A stretch of DNA of 63,522 bases, filler included, from Octopus bimaculoides (taxonomy: Eukaryota): assembly GCF_001194135.2 (NCBI RefSeq). It is 5 parts of 5 records of this genome, joined end to end, with 100 filler letters (N's around TTAATTAATTAA, not from the genome) between each part and the next. Parts side by side here need not be neighbours in the genome. Positions count along the whole stretch, not along the records: positions 1 to 17,035 come from NC_068986.1; positions 17,136 to 28,524 come from NC_068985.1; 3 more parts are not named here. The stretch is one strand, 5' to 3'. This document shows, piece after piece, positions 11,980 to 25,431 of the stretch. Every line of letters begins with the position of its first letter. Within the stretch, counting starts at the first letter, position 1. The translations under genes were made by a program, and so were the position numbers. The notes under the pieces were generated by a model, which worked only from the letters and a program-made list of their open reading frames with translations, ran no database searches and was not told where the DNA came from.

Positions 11980-12483
11980 TTGCTGCTGTTTGCTCGTACC
12001 GTTGTTTCATCCGAGTTATTTCTCTTAGCTCATTTATCTTTTTTTTTTAACACCTACACACCGGGGTCTCCTCATTGCTCACCTTTCCTGTTACACATGT
12101 CCGACATATTTCAGATGACCATCTACCTTTCGTTCTCCGCAACTCAGAGTTCATATATCGACCAACGTACCGATTTCCGGTCTCCATGACTAACAACTAT
12201 TTCAAGATAAACTTCAACCACAACATACAAAACATCCTTTCTTCCTCCATAAAGGTCTTGAACCCGAAACGCTGTACAGCTTCCTCACCTCACTGTAACT
12301 ATATTTATATTTAAGTCAACGTATTTCCTCTAAACATAATTTCTACCAATGCAGAACACTTCATCGTTTTTCTAAGTTACTGGGAGTTATATCTCGTTTA
12401 ATATAGATTTATCAATGTAAGTATCTCAGACGCACTGGTCATTAATAGACGTCTACTTCTCTTAGGCCTGGAGGCATAATAAC

Positions 12484-12492
12484 TGCAGTAAC

Positions 12493-12547
<55 letters not shown>

Positions 12548-12848
12548 TGCTGCAGCAGCAGTAGTAGTAGTGGCTGTGGTGGTGGTGATGGTGGCGTAAT
12601 TGGTGCTGGAAGAGATGGCAGTGGTCGAGGTGGTAGTAGTTGTAATGGTAATATTAACAGTGGTGGTGGTGGTGGTGGCAGCGGCGGCGGCGGTGGTGGT
12701 GGTGTTGCTGGCAGCGGCNNNNNNNNNNNNNNNNNNNNNNNNNNNNNNNNNNNNNNNNNNNNNNNNNNNNNNNGTGGTGGTGGTGGTGGTATTGAAGTAA
12801 AAGTTGTAGTGGTGGTAGTGGGAGTAGTGTTAGTGACGGAAGAGGTAC

Positions 12849-12887
<39 letters not shown>

Positions 12888-13105
12888 AAGAAGAAGAAGA
12901 AGAAGAAGAAGAAGAAGAAGAAGAAGAAGAAGAAGAAGAAGAAGAAGAAGAAGAATGAGGAGAACGAGAGAGAAAGAGAAGAGAAAGTAAGCAGGTAGGT
13001 GGAGCAACACCGGCAATTGCAGCGGAAATGCAGCTGCCACCACTGCTGGTGTTGCTGCTTTGCTTAGTAATGACGATGATGATGATGATGAGGAGGAGGA
13101 GGATG
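12484..13105. repeat. Mixed trinucleotide low-complexity tract (GTA, GGT, GAA, GAT)
   Basis: Read directly; produces the poly-L/S/T/P pseudo-ORFs. Confidence 0.95.
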
Positions 13106-14425
13106 CTGATGAAGGGAAAGGTGGTGGGGAGTGAAGAAGAGGGATATATTACAGGTAAGATACACATATACCTGGAAGAGAAATGCCACTGTACCTATCA
13201 ATAAGCACCGTCTTTACCTACACCAACTAATCCAGTGTTGACTGTTTACATAAATAGCTACCACCTCCCCCAAATGTATATCCTGAGAACTAGCGCCCCT
13301 CCTCACTCCATATGTGTGCGCGTGAGTGTGTGTGGGGGGGGGTGTATGCGCACATCCGAAAGCACACTTATATTTACGTGCACACCTGCACATACATTTC
13401 TATCTACATGCACTCATACACATACACATATATGTATGTATGTACGTATGTATGTGTGTATATCAGCAATATAAGTAAACACACGTATTCACAGATACGT
13501 GCACATGAAGAAACATACACATGAGCATACATACATACATACATACATACATACATACATGCATACATGCATACATACATGCATACATGCATACATGCAT
13601 GCATACATACATACATATATACATACATACATACATACATACATAAACGCACATAATCACATACAAACTATAAAAACATACTTAGATATACACACATATA
13701 AAAATCATTAACACACACATACACACACAACTCCCCTCGACACACACACACGCACACACGTTATAAACGCACGCATTCACATACATGCGAAGACACACAC
13801 ACGTAAGCATTAGAAAAATAACAATCGAAACACAGAAGCCAAACACATAAGAAAATATGAGTTCAACAGCTAAGCTAAACCATCCACCATAGTACTGCAT
13901 CCACCCGACTACCTCCACCATACACAGACTCTTTTGGCATCTGTTTTCTATTTTATTCACGTCATAAATAGCAACAGCGAATTGGAATGCAAACGGTTAC
14001 ACTCTTATTACACATATACACACATACACACACACGCGCACGCACGCACACGCACACTACATACTCATACACACATGTGCATGCAGGCACACATACACAC
14101 ATGCACACTCACACACACTCACACAAACACACAAACTATCTCTCTAAATCTATTTATGTACTTCATTCCCTCTTCTCTCACTCCGCCTCCATCATAATTT
14201 CATACTTCTTTATACACTCACACACGTACGTGTATGCATGTATATATCTAAGTATTGCATGTTGTATGTATGCACTTATATATACATACATACATACATA
14301 CATACGTACGTACATACATACGTACATACATACATACACATCCTAATCTCACATAATCACATACAAACTATAAAAGCATACTTAGATATGCACACATATA
14401 AAAATCATTAACACACATGCATTCC

Positions 14426-14968
<543 letters not shown>

Positions 14969-14976
14969 TGACTAAG

Positions 14977-15017
<41 letters not shown>

Positions 15018-15811
15018 NNNNNNNNNNNNNNNNNNNNNNNNNNNNNNNNNNNNNNNNNNNNNNNNNNNNNNNNNNNNNNNNNNNNNNNNNNNNNNNNNNN
15101 NNNNNNNNNNNNNNNNNNNNNNNNNNNNNNNNNNNNNNNNNNNNNNNNNNNNNNNNNNNNNNNNNNNNNNNNNNNNNNNNNNNNNNNNNNNNNNNNNNNN
15201 NNNNNNNNNNNNNNNNNNNNNNNNNNNNNNNNNNNNNNNNNNNNNNNNNNNNNNNNNNNNNNNNNNNNNNNNNNNNNNNNNNNNNNNNNNNNNNNNNNNN
15301 NNNNNNNNNNNNNNNNNNNNNNNNNNNNNNNNNNNNNNNNNNNNNNNNNNNNNNNNNNNNNNNNNNNNNNNNNNNNNNNNNNNNNNNNNNNNNNNNNNNN
15401 NNNNNNNNNNNNNNNNNNNNNNNNACCACATCTGTCACACGCACACCATTCAGACTTCTGACGTACCACCATCAATACTTTTGACTTCGCCGCCTTCTCC
15501 TCCACCACCATTACCACTGTCTTTTACATCGCTTACTATCACCGTCATCCCTGACCGCCTCGGCTACCCTCACCACCATATTCATCACCGTTGCCTCCGC
15601 CTCTATCACAACTACAGCTCATACTATTACTATCACCCCATTACCATCGCAACTATCAATCTACTACCACTCTCACCGTTTCTATACTTATTTTTACTCT
15701 CACCCCAACATGAGGAATAGTAGAAGTGTCATTGAATAGTGAGAAAGGGGGTCAAAGTGTGACACACTGACACACAGAAATTCGTTTTGTCATTATATAT
15801 ATATACATATA

Positions 15812-16042
15812 CAGAGTTGGCCAAAAGTCACTCGACAGCGAATCAAAACTTTTAATTCCAAGATTTATTTATATTTAACAACTGAATGATTATAATAAAA
15901 GCAACTAAATATGAAACATCATGAAACTTGTGCAAACTGAAGTCCTTCTTGAGCGACACATTTTTTCATTCGAGTCAATACAGAATTCCAGATAGTATTT
16001 ATGGAATTTTGATTTACTATCGGGTGACTTTGGCCAACCCTG
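15812..16042 (-). mobile_element. Tc1/mariner-superfamily non-autonomous element (MITE)
   Basis: About 27-bp TIRs CAGAGTTGGCCAAAAGTCACTCGACAG / CTATCGGGTGACTTTGGCCAACCCTG, TA on both flanks; minus strand keeps a transposase-like C-terminus TRMKKCVAQEGLQFAQVS*. Confidence 0.85.
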
Positions 16043-16827
16043 TATATATACGTATGCATATGAACACGAATGTATTTACATATTTATCACATACATGTAT
16101 AACATAAGAGTTGTTATGGTGTAACATTTGAGCAAAGATGTGAATATGTAAGATATAGAAAGAGATAAATATGGTCGGTAAGACATAAGATGTCCAAACG
16201 GATAAAGCTTCAAGAGATGGAAATACGTATTGGCAAAGTAAATTGTTCATTCAAAGAAAAGTGTGTTGAAAATAACTTGTTGAAAATCTGTTTGAATCAA
16301 TGGGTTGAAAATGTTTTACTTTTCATTAGTGCGGGTGCGTGTGCATGCGCGTACGCGCGCGTGTGTGAGAAATAACTATAAAGGAGGCAGAGGGAGAAAA
16401 GGAGGAGTATTTTGAGAATGACATGCCTGGATTAGGTTAGGCAGCGTTGATTCTCTAAAATCTTCAACCAATATCTGTTTATTGTTGTTCGGTAGAAGAA
16501 AGAAGCTTCAGGATTCGATTCGATAATTTCTAAAACTTTTCTAGTTGTGATTGTTGACATACATACACACACACATACATACATATATATATATAATATA
16601 AATAATATATATATGTATATATACATAAATATATGTACATACCTACATATATATGTATATAGGTGTAGACAACAAATAGATGTATTAGTTTAACGCTCGG
16701 GAAGTGAAAAAGTCTTTAACGTTTCGAGCCTACGCTCTTTCACAGAAAGGAACAAGGAGTTGCGTGAAAGGATCGTAATGCATTACCTCTGGATATTCTT
16801 GTTGCTTATATTGATTATATATATATA

Positions 16828-16863
<36 letters not shown>

Positions 16864-16872
16864 AATATATAC

Positions 16873-16962
<90 letters not shown>

Positions 16963-17079
16963 TTCTTCTATCTTAATGAATAAAAATTCTTCTGATAGAA
17001 TAAATGGGTTAATAGAAACCAATGTAGCAAAGAACNNNNNNNNNNNNNNNNNNNNNNNNNNNNNNNNNNNNNNNNNNNN

Positions 17080-17091
17080 TTAATTAATTAA
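17080..17091. other. Assembly gap linker TTAATTAATTAA (also 28569-28580, 55828-55839, 61424-61435)
   Basis: Each time exactly 44 N + TTAATTAATTAA + 44 N = 100 bp; the 12-mer is self-complementary with stops in all six frames. Artefact. Confidence 0.97.
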
Positions 17092-17210
17092 NNNNNNNNN
17101 NNNNNNNNNNNNNNNNNNNNNNNNNNNNNNNNNNNTATATATGGATATATTTATCTATATATATGTGTATATATATATGCATGTATGTGGGTGTGTGTGT
17201 ATATATATGT

Positions 17211-17250
<40 letters not shown>

Positions 17251-17252
<2 letters not shown>

Positions 17253-17975
17253 ATTCTTTTATTCTTTTACATGTTTCAGCCGTAACGCTGCGGCCATGCT
17301 AGGTCTCCGCCAGGGTAATCACCTTTTTACGTGATTGGCTTTTGGTGAAGGACAGAGTTTGACACTCCTGTCTCTTTTGATTTTCCTGCCTTGATACTGG
17401 TTCATCTGGGACCTTGGAAGGCAAAAGATCAAGTTGGTTCTTAGAAACATGTACCCCAACTCCACGTAGATCCCTTAAATATTTTTTCAAGGTGTTGAAT
17501 CCGAAGCTATTGTAGTACATGGGTTTCACCTTAAATGGGACAGCTGGGACCTGTGGAACACTGTAGTGACGTTCATTTCGAGGTCTGGTATAACTACAGA
17601 TTCCAAAGTTTGGTGCCAGTCCTTCCAGTATCTTTCACATATATCACTGCATATCTATTCCGTCTTCGCTCCAGGGGGTAAAGTCGTAGCTCTTTCACTC
17701 TCTCCCAGTAGCTCAGCTGTTCCATTGATGTAAACTTCCTTGTGTGTCATCACTGAACCGCCTTAAGTTCCGCTATTAATCCGAAATTGTAGGGTCGCCA
17801 CAGTTGAAAGCAGTAGTCCAGGCGGCCGAAGTTTCCCTGTCCCTTGATCTGAAGGTTCTTAGAATCCATCCAGCTATTCGCCTGTACATTGCCATCATCT
17901 CGGTGCTATGCATGTGGATCGAGGCATCGTTGCTCATATCAATCTCAAGATCACGCACTGTATATAATTCTGGTT
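17251..17975 (-). mobile_element. CR1-group LINE, 5'-truncated, decayed ORF2 C-terminus and 3' tail
   Basis: VRDLEIDMSNDAS..RRIAGWILRTFRSRDRET, LSYWERVKELRLYPLERRR, YNSFGF..LRDLRGVGVHVSKNQLDLLPSKVPDEP; tail CATGGCCGCAGCGTTACGGCTGAAACATGTAAAAGAATAAAAGAATAA. Confidence 0.85.
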
Positions 17976-18432
17976 CATATGTGTGTGTATGTGTGTGTGT
18001 AAGGATATATATAATATATATATCCTTGTATATATTATATATGTTTATATACGCGTGTATGTGGTTGTATGTATATGTACAGACTCCCCCATACACATTT
18101 ATGTCTAAATAAAAGTAGTTTTTAAACGAAACTTTAAAATATATGATATACAATAATAAAATTTCAATAAAACTATGGCAAAATCTATTGTTATATAATG
18201 CATTCTATAAATTATCATAAATAATGAAAAGCATTCAAATCTCAGCAGCAATAAATTAATTTTCTTCATATCCATTTTTTATCTTATAAAAGCTTAACTT
18301 GTCTTTTACATATTCAGCTTAATGTAAAATTTTCACAAGCAGTCATTGTGAAATTTCTGTATCGAAATTTCTTTCCATGTTTCAATGTAGCTTTTATATT
18401 GATTTTGACAATCGAAGTTTTATTATCTTCAA

Positions 18433-18529
18433 TTGAGACTTGTTTATTTGAATAGATTTTTTTCTGAGGTTTTATGTTTGCTTGAGACTTGTTTATTTGA
18501 ATAGATTTTTTCTGAGGTTTTATGTTTGC
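18433..18529. repeat. Near-perfect 48/49-bp tandem duplication
   Basis: TTGAGACTTGTTTATTTGAATAGA(T)6-7CTGAGGTTTTATGTTTGC twice. Confidence 0.95.
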
Positions 18530-18835
18530 TTCACTCTAAATGTTTAATATTTGTATATACATTACGAATAGTTCTCAAGAAATACATGGTTTTTCTCATA
18601 AGTATTCTTTGTTATTGAAGAATTGTCACAATTTTGACAATGCAAGTGAACCATCGCTACCTATTTATTCTCATATCTACAAACCAATAACATAATAAAA
18701 ACTAGCGGCAATTATAGGGATAATGTATTATATGTACCCGTATCTTTACTTTGATGGCTAAATTTATAGATCTTTTTAACAGTTTCATTGTAATGCAATA
18801 GAAGACTGTTTTTTTTGGGGGGGGGCAAAAAATCA

Positions 18836-18978
18836 ATCAACCAACCAATGAACCAATGGACCAACCTATGAACCAACCAACCAATCAACCAACCAACCAA
18901 CCAACCAACCAACCAAGCAACTAATCAATCAACCAATCAATCAATCAATCAACAAACCAATGAACCAACCAACCAATC
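18836..18978. repeat. (AACC)n/(AATC)n compound microsatellite
   Basis: Read directly. Confidence 0.9.
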
Positions 18979-19642
18979 AATTATATCGGTTATTATATCG
19001 GTTTAGCAAATAATGGATTTAATCCTGAGTAGAATACGAAATAGAAGCGGAAAAAGAAATTTAGAAAATTCTTCAGGACGAACGTCTTCCAGCTTTAACC
19101 ATTTTAATCTCTTGTTCATCTGATTAAATTTCCTTTAATTCCAACTACTCACAAACTACAATGCTTACCCCTTGAAACCCTTTAGTCTACAAATGTAAAC
19201 GCTGCAAGGTTTGAACTGAAAAAGCCCATACGCATACAAATGGTAATGAATAAATTGTTGAATTGCAACTCTTGATTTTATAATATTAAAAGAAAATGTA
19301 CGTAGATGAAGAATTAGCTCATTGCCTGTCCAAAGCGATTCCATAAGTTTGTCCTAAACGTTCACGCTTGTTTTCAGACTTGCAGATAACCCGTGATTCA
19401 TACGTTCTGAACAATATGATGCTTTCCTTTCATAAACCCCAAGTTATTCTAGTGGTTGGAAAGAAATTGGGAACGTGTATCATATATATGATGCATGGAT
19501 ACCAGGGGAATATGTCCTGTGTATTGCAAGTCATAGACAGGACAGGCTAAGATTTAAGAATTTGAAGTAAAACGTTACTCTTTCTCTTATCACCCCTCAT
19601 TCTGTGTTGTTCTCCTTCTCTAACTAATTCTTTCTCATTTTG

Positions 19643-19840
19643 ACACAAGGACAGCAATTTTGAGGGAAAAGGACAAGTCGATTACATTGATCACTTCCTG
19701 CTCTTGATTGTCGCATTATTTTATCGACTCTGAAACAATGAACGCAAAGTTGACCTCGGTGGTATTTGAGCCCAGAACATAAAGAGGCAGAAAAATACCT
19801 CTAAACAATTTGTCCGACATGCTAACTATTCTCCCAGCCT
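19643..19840 (-). mobile_element. SINE family A, diverged
   Basis: AAGTCGATTACAT..TTTTATCGAC..AAAGTTGACCTCGGTGG..CAGAACATAAAG. Confidence 0.75.
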
Positions 19841-20140
19841 TAGATTAAAATTTAGACAGAAGGCCAGCAATTTTACAATGTGGGATAGAAATGAATACAA
19901 TCCCGTTTCAGCTGAACTATGTTTGGCCAAATGTCAAACTAACTTGCTGCCAATAATGCTGGCCTTAATCATCATCAGTATTCTTCCGTGCCAAATACTC
20001 TGAGATGATTTAGAATATCCAAGAATGAGAAATACATACCATATATTACTTTTTTGTTCTTTGCTGGCTTCATCTTTGGATTGTTTATCTTCTAAATGAT
20101 CATTCTGTCGAGATTCAGTAGGTCAGCTACTGGCCATCAT

Positions 20141-20389
20141 CTTCCACCTCAACTTTCTCTCACTCTTACTTCCTGTTTCTGTTGTGCCTGTAATTCAAAG
20201 GGTCAGCCTTGTCACACTGTGTCATGCTGAATATACCAGAGAACTACGTTAAGGGTACACGTGTCTGTGGAGTGCTCAGCCACTTGCACGTTAATTTCAC
20301 GAGCAGGCTGTTCCGTTGATCGGATCGACTGGAACCCTCGACGTCGTAAGCGACGGAGTACCAACAACAACAACAGCAACAACAACAAT
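20141..20389 (+). mobile_element. SINE family C, 5'-truncated
   Basis: Close match to 30204-30591 from CAACTTTCTCTCACTC to GCGACGGAGTACCAACAACAAC. Confidence 0.9.
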
Positions 20390-20774
20390 ATCTCAATATT
20401 ATTCGTTACCCCATCAAAGTATCGGCTTATTACGCAGTGCCTATAGTTGCCAACTCGAACAGGTTTGGAGATATACGCGGACTTTACATTGACTGGGCTT
20501 CCATAAACGATATAACCAGTTGTACTGCATGCAAAGAGTGCACTTATTGTGAATCAAATGTGCACTTAATGTTAATTATGTAGCGAGGCATTGATCCTAT
20601 GCAACTGAAATCAAACCTTTCGTTTCGGTTTAAGCGCAGGTGCTTTGAGTCATTGTTTTGGCTTACTTCCGTTCCGTCGAGGCTTGCAGGAGTGGTTTTC
20701 TTTATTTCTTAAATGCATATATACCTACATACAACCATATGTGTGTGTGTGTTTGTACAAACACAATCATATGC

Positions 20775-21000
20775 CTTTGTCCTTGTGTTTGTCCGCCACC
20801 GCTTCTTGACAACTGTTGTTGATTTGTTTACGCTCTCGCAACTTAGCGGCTCGGCAAAAGATACCGATAGAATAAATACCAGGGCTAAAAACAGTAAGTA
20901 CTGGGGTGAATTTGTCCGAGCAAACCGCTCAAGGTGGTGCCCCAGCGTGGCCACAGTCCTATGAGTGAAAGATAAAATTGAATGATAAAAGATGAAGATA
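20775..21000 (+). mobile_element. SINE family B, 3' half
   Basis: CTTGACAAC..AACTTAGCGGCTCGGCAAAAGATACCGATAGAATAA..AAGGTGGTGCCCCAGCGTGGCCACAGTC. Confidence 0.8.
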
Positions 21001-21937
21001 CGTAAACTATCACATTCTTATTGCAATGCTTTCAGCATCAGTTATTTAACTGTACCGTATTAACTGACGAAATGAAAGGACGTGAGGAATATATAGGCAG
21101 ATACATACATACATATATANNNNNNNNNNNNNNNNNNNNNNNNNNNNNNNNNNNNNNNNNNNNNNNNNNNNNNNNNNNNNNNNNNNNNNNNNNNNNNNNN
21201 NNNNNNNNNNNNNNNNNNNNNNNNNNNNNNNNNNNNNNNNNNNNNNNNNNNNNNNNNNNNNNNNNNNNNNNNNNNNNNNNNNNNNNNNNNNNNNNNNNNN
21301 NNNNNNNNNNNNNNNNNNNNNNNNNNNNNNNNNNNNNNNNNNNNNNNNNNNNNNNNNNNNNNNNNNNNNNNNNNNNNNNNNNNNNNNNNNNNNNNNNNNN
21401 NNNNNNNNNNNNNNNNNNNNNNNNNNNNNNNNNNNNNNNNNNNNNNNNNNNNNNNNNNNNNNNNNNNNNNNNNNNNNNNNNNNNNNNNNNNNNNNNNNNN
21501 NNNNNNNNNNNNNNNNNNNNNNNNNNNNNNNNNNNNNNNNNNNNNNNNNNNNNNNNNNNNNNNNNNNNNNNNNNNNNNNNNNNNNNNNNNNNNNNNNNNN
21601 NNNNNNNNNNNNNNNNNNNNNNNNNNNNNNNNNNNNNNNNNNNNNNNNNNNNNNNNNNNNNNNNNNNNNNNNNNNNNNNNNNNNNNNNNNNNNNNNNNNN
21701 NNNNNNNNNNNNNNNNNNNNNNNNNNNAGAGAGCAAGAGACGAGAGGCAGTACAGTTGGCAATTAAACGACTAAAGACGTATCTTAAGAAAAATTAGAGG
21801 AAATACGTAGGTCAGGAAGATCAATATGGCATATATAATATATCTGTCATTCCCCCCTTCTCCTTCTCTCTCTTTGTCTTTTTCTCTCCTCTTTCTCTTT
21901 GTCTTTTTCTTTCCTCTCTCTCTCTCTCTCCTTCTGT

Positions 21938-22000
<63 letters not shown>

Positions 22001-22200
22001 GCTAGCTAGCTAGCTAGCTAGGTATTACTATTCATACACATACATTTTATATACACTAGCATACGTAATTACATACGTTGACTTATTAAGGCATATACAT
22101 CATTATAAACATATACATTTACACTAACATATAAATATACTCAAGCATATTTATATCAGTGCGTATAATATGTGCTACGTATGTAATATAATATATACTA

Positions 22201-22421
22201 CACAGTAAATCGAAAATTCCATAAATACTTAATATTCAATTTTGTTTATTCATTCCAATTTTGAATGTTTAATAATTGAATGTTGTGAGTTAAAATCACC
22301 GTTTTTTTTTTCCAGCATTTTTTCTATTTATTAGTGAAGTCTTATATAAAAACAATTTTTATTTTAATCTTGGAATTAAATGGGTTTTGATTTACTGTCA
22401 GGTGACGTTTGGCCAACCCTG
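22201..22421 (+). mobile_element. Second copy of the 15812-16042 MITE family, opposite orientation, one outer TIR missing
   Basis: Ends CTGTCAGGTGACGTTTGGCCAACCCTG; begins CACAGTAAATCGAAAATTCCATAAATACT, the reverse complement of the first copy's inner right end. Confidence 0.7.
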
Positions 22422-22464
22422 AATAATACCTATAAAGTATATATATTATGTGTGTGAGTGTCTT

Positions 22465-22700
22465 TCATTAGGCACCATTCCAGGACGTAGGACATAGGCG
22501 ATCACGTCCTGCCACAATTCTCTGCTCTTTGTTTTCTGTAACAGTTCCACTTCATGGTGTTTAATGCCTCCTTTCAACCAGTTTTTCAAGCTCGACATCC
22601 CTATCATCCTTCTCCTTAATCTTTCTGGTCATTACTAAATTCCCCCTGTATGTGTGTAAAAAGCTGGTGATTCATTCCTTTACTATTCGAAGGTTCGCGC
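22465..22700 (-). mobile_element. RTE-clade LINE 3' end, decayed
   Basis: NLVMTRKI.. and VELLQKTKSRELWQDVIAYVL resemble the RTE ORF C-terminus (ENLVxTGKIEG..ELLxxTxxRxxWxxMIA). Confidence 0.6.
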
Positions 22701-24410
22701 TTTTGGGCATTCGTTCCTAATTACATAAATACGGTTTTCCTAATTATGAGAATCATTCAGGGATTTTGAATGCGACAGACAAAGCAAATCCTCTGTCTTA
22801 TATTTCGATGTGTACGTACAAGGCTGGGGAAACGCGGAGTAGCAATGGAGGGAAGCATCATACTCGAATGAATAACTATACTTCACCGCATTTATTGAGT
22901 ACTCTTTCTCTGACTGAGCCGGCCTTTGAAGAAAGATATTGCAGCCTTGACTACCTCACCTATTCAAACAGTATAGCTCAGAAAACATTATAACATATAT
23001 CTCCTTCTTGTTCTCACACCGTATCCTTTAAATTGAGTCAGTTGTAGCTACTATTTCTAACAGATTGAACGAATATTTAAAAGATTTTACGTTGGCAACG
23101 GAACGACAATAGTAGTTAGCGGTGATACGCTGATTCATATACATTGTCTTCGTTCACAATATAATTTAGTTAACGCCTTTGTTTCCAGAAAGAATTCTAC
23201 TATTTAGCTTTTATCAATCTGTCTCACAACTTTCTATATTATGCCGCTCTACTGAATCTGTCCCAAACACGCTGTCAACTAATTTGCACCAAGTAGCAAT
23301 TTACTTTTCACCTCATAATTGTATTTTATTGTTCAGTAAAACAAGCCACCAAGTCATTGGAAAGTTTGTATATATTGCTTTAACACACATTTAGTCAGAA
23401 GATTTCTATAGAGAATATATATATATATATANNNNNNNNNNNNNNNNNNNNNNNNNNNNNNNNNNNNNNNNNNNNNNNNNNNNNNNNNNNNNNNNNNNNN
23501 NNNNNNNNNNNNNNNNNNNNNNNNNNNNNNNNNNNNNNNNNNNNNNNNNNNNNNNNNNNNNNNNNNNNNNNNNNNNNNNNNNNNNNNNNNNNNNNNNNNN
23601 NNNNNNNNNNNNNNNNNNNNNNNNNNNNNNNNNNNNNNNNNNNNNNNNNNNNNNNNNNNNNNNNNNNNNNNNNNNNNNNNNNNNNNNNNNNNNNNNNNNN
23701 NNNNNNNNNNNNNNNNNNNNNNNNNNNNNNNNNNNNNNNNNNNNNNNNNNNNNNNNNNNNNNNNNNNNNNNNNNNNNNNNNNNNNNNNNNNNNNNNNNNN
23801 NNNNNNNNNNNNNNNNNNNNNNNNNNNNNNNNNNNNNNNNNNNNNNNNNNNNNNNNNNNNNNNNNNNNNNNNNNNNNNNNNNNNNNNNNNNNNNNNNNNN
23901 NNNNNNNNNNNNNNNNNNNNNNNNNNNNNNNNNNNNNNNNNNNNNNNNNNNNNNNNNNNNNNNNNNNNNNNNNNNNNNNNNNNNNNNNNNNNNNNNNNNN
24001 NNNNNNNNNNNNNNNNNNNNNNNNNNNNNNNNNNNNNNNNNNNNNNNNNNNNNNNNNNNNNNNNNNNNNNNNNNNNNNNNNNNNNNNNNNNNNNNNNNNN
24101 NNNNNNNNNNNNNNNNNNNNNNNNNNNNNNNNNNNNNNNNNNNNNNNNNNNNNNNNNNNNNNNNNNNNNNNNNNNNNNNNNNNNNNNNNNNNNNNNNNNN
24201 NNNNNNNNNNNNNNNNNNNNNNNNNNNNNNNNNNNNNNNNNNNNNNNNNNNNNNNNNNNNNNNNNNNNNNNNNNNNNNNNNNNNNNNNNNNNNNNNNNNN
24301 NNNNNNNNNNNNNNNNNNNNNNNNNNNNNNNNNNNNNNNNNNNNNNNNNNNNNNNNNNNNNNNNNNNNNNNNNNNNNNNNNNNNNNNNNNNNNNNNNNNA
24401 ATAAAAAGAG

Positions 24411-24783
24411 TTGTTGTTGTTGGCACTCCGTCGCTTACGACGTCGAGGGTTCCAGTCGATCCGATCAACGGAACAGCCTGCTCGTGAAATTAACGTGCAA
24501 GTGGCTGAGCACTCCACAGACACGTATACCCTTAACGTAGTTCTCGGGGAGATTCAGCGTGACACAGTGTGACAAGGCTGACCCTTTGAATTACAGGCAC
24601 AAGAGAAACAGGAAGTAAGAGTGAGAGAAAGTTGTGGTGAGAGAGTACGGCAGGGTTCGCCACCATCCCCTGCCGGAACCTCGTGGAGCTTTAGGTGTTT
24701 TCGCTCAATAAACGCTCACATAGGAACTGCGTTCCTATGACCGCGAGTCCGCTTCCCTAACCACTAGGCCATTGCGCTTCCAC
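24411..24783 (-). mobile_element. SINE family C, near full length, B-box region deleted
   Basis: Matches 30204-30591 but lacks the GGTTTCGATTCCCAGACCGGGCGT segment. Confidence 0.9.
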
Positions 24784-24851
24784 GAAATGGACAACAATAA
24801 AAAGAGTAAATGAATAAAAGAAAGAAAATAATTTAACAACATAATGCTGTG

Positions 24852-25016
24852 TGCTATGGGCACAAGGCCTGGAATTTGATGGGAGGGGTGGGTCGTCAAT
24901 TACATCGACTCAAGTGATTTCACTGGTAGTGAATTTTATCGACATTTGAAAGGATAAAAGCAGAGTCGACCTCGGCGGCAGTCGAATTCTGAACCTAAAG
25001 ACGGGCGAAATGCTGC
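24852..25016 (-). mobile_element. SINE family A
   Basis: GGCACAAGGCCTGGAATTT..ATTTTATCGAC..GAGTCGACCTCGGCGGC. Confidence 0.75.
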
Positions 25017-25390
25017 GTAACAAAATAATAAAGTGTAAATTATTAAATAACAACATCTAAAGAGAGAGAGAGAATAGAGGAAAAGAGAAGAAAGCATGCT
25101 GAGAAAGACGGAGAGGGAATTAAGAGATTATGGAAAAAGGATGTTTGGGAATGGTCAATCTGTTAGCACAGAGATTAAATCAATAGAAATTGGGAAATGA
25201 ATATACACACAAAAATACATAAACAATAATATGACTAGGTCATGACCTGATACGGCACAAATTTTCCAAAGGCTAATTTCTATATTTCAAAAGGATTAAA
25301 TCTAAACAAACATGTATTTTTAGGTACAAAATATGGATTCATACAAGCAGGCATGCACCCACATACATGTTCGAACTCCCGCCTCAATAG

Positions 25391-25431
<41 letters not shown>

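Noticed and set aside
12442-13167. Pro/Ser/Thr-rich 241-aa ORF
   Set aside because: Built from successive trinucleotide repeats and spans a gap.
16430-16545. Penelope GIY-YIG C-terminal fragment (VLEIIESNP..RYWLKIL)
   Set aside because: Too short and without the GIY/YIG motifs; suggestive only because of the nearby hammerhead relic.
17036-17135. Recurrent TTAATTAATTAA as a biological motif
   Set aside because: It always sits centred in a 44N+12+44N block; it is an assembly linker with stops in all frames.
18130-18700. hAT transposase C-terminal relic on minus
   Set aside because: Only vague resemblance in very AT-rich DNA, with no diagnostic motif or TIR.
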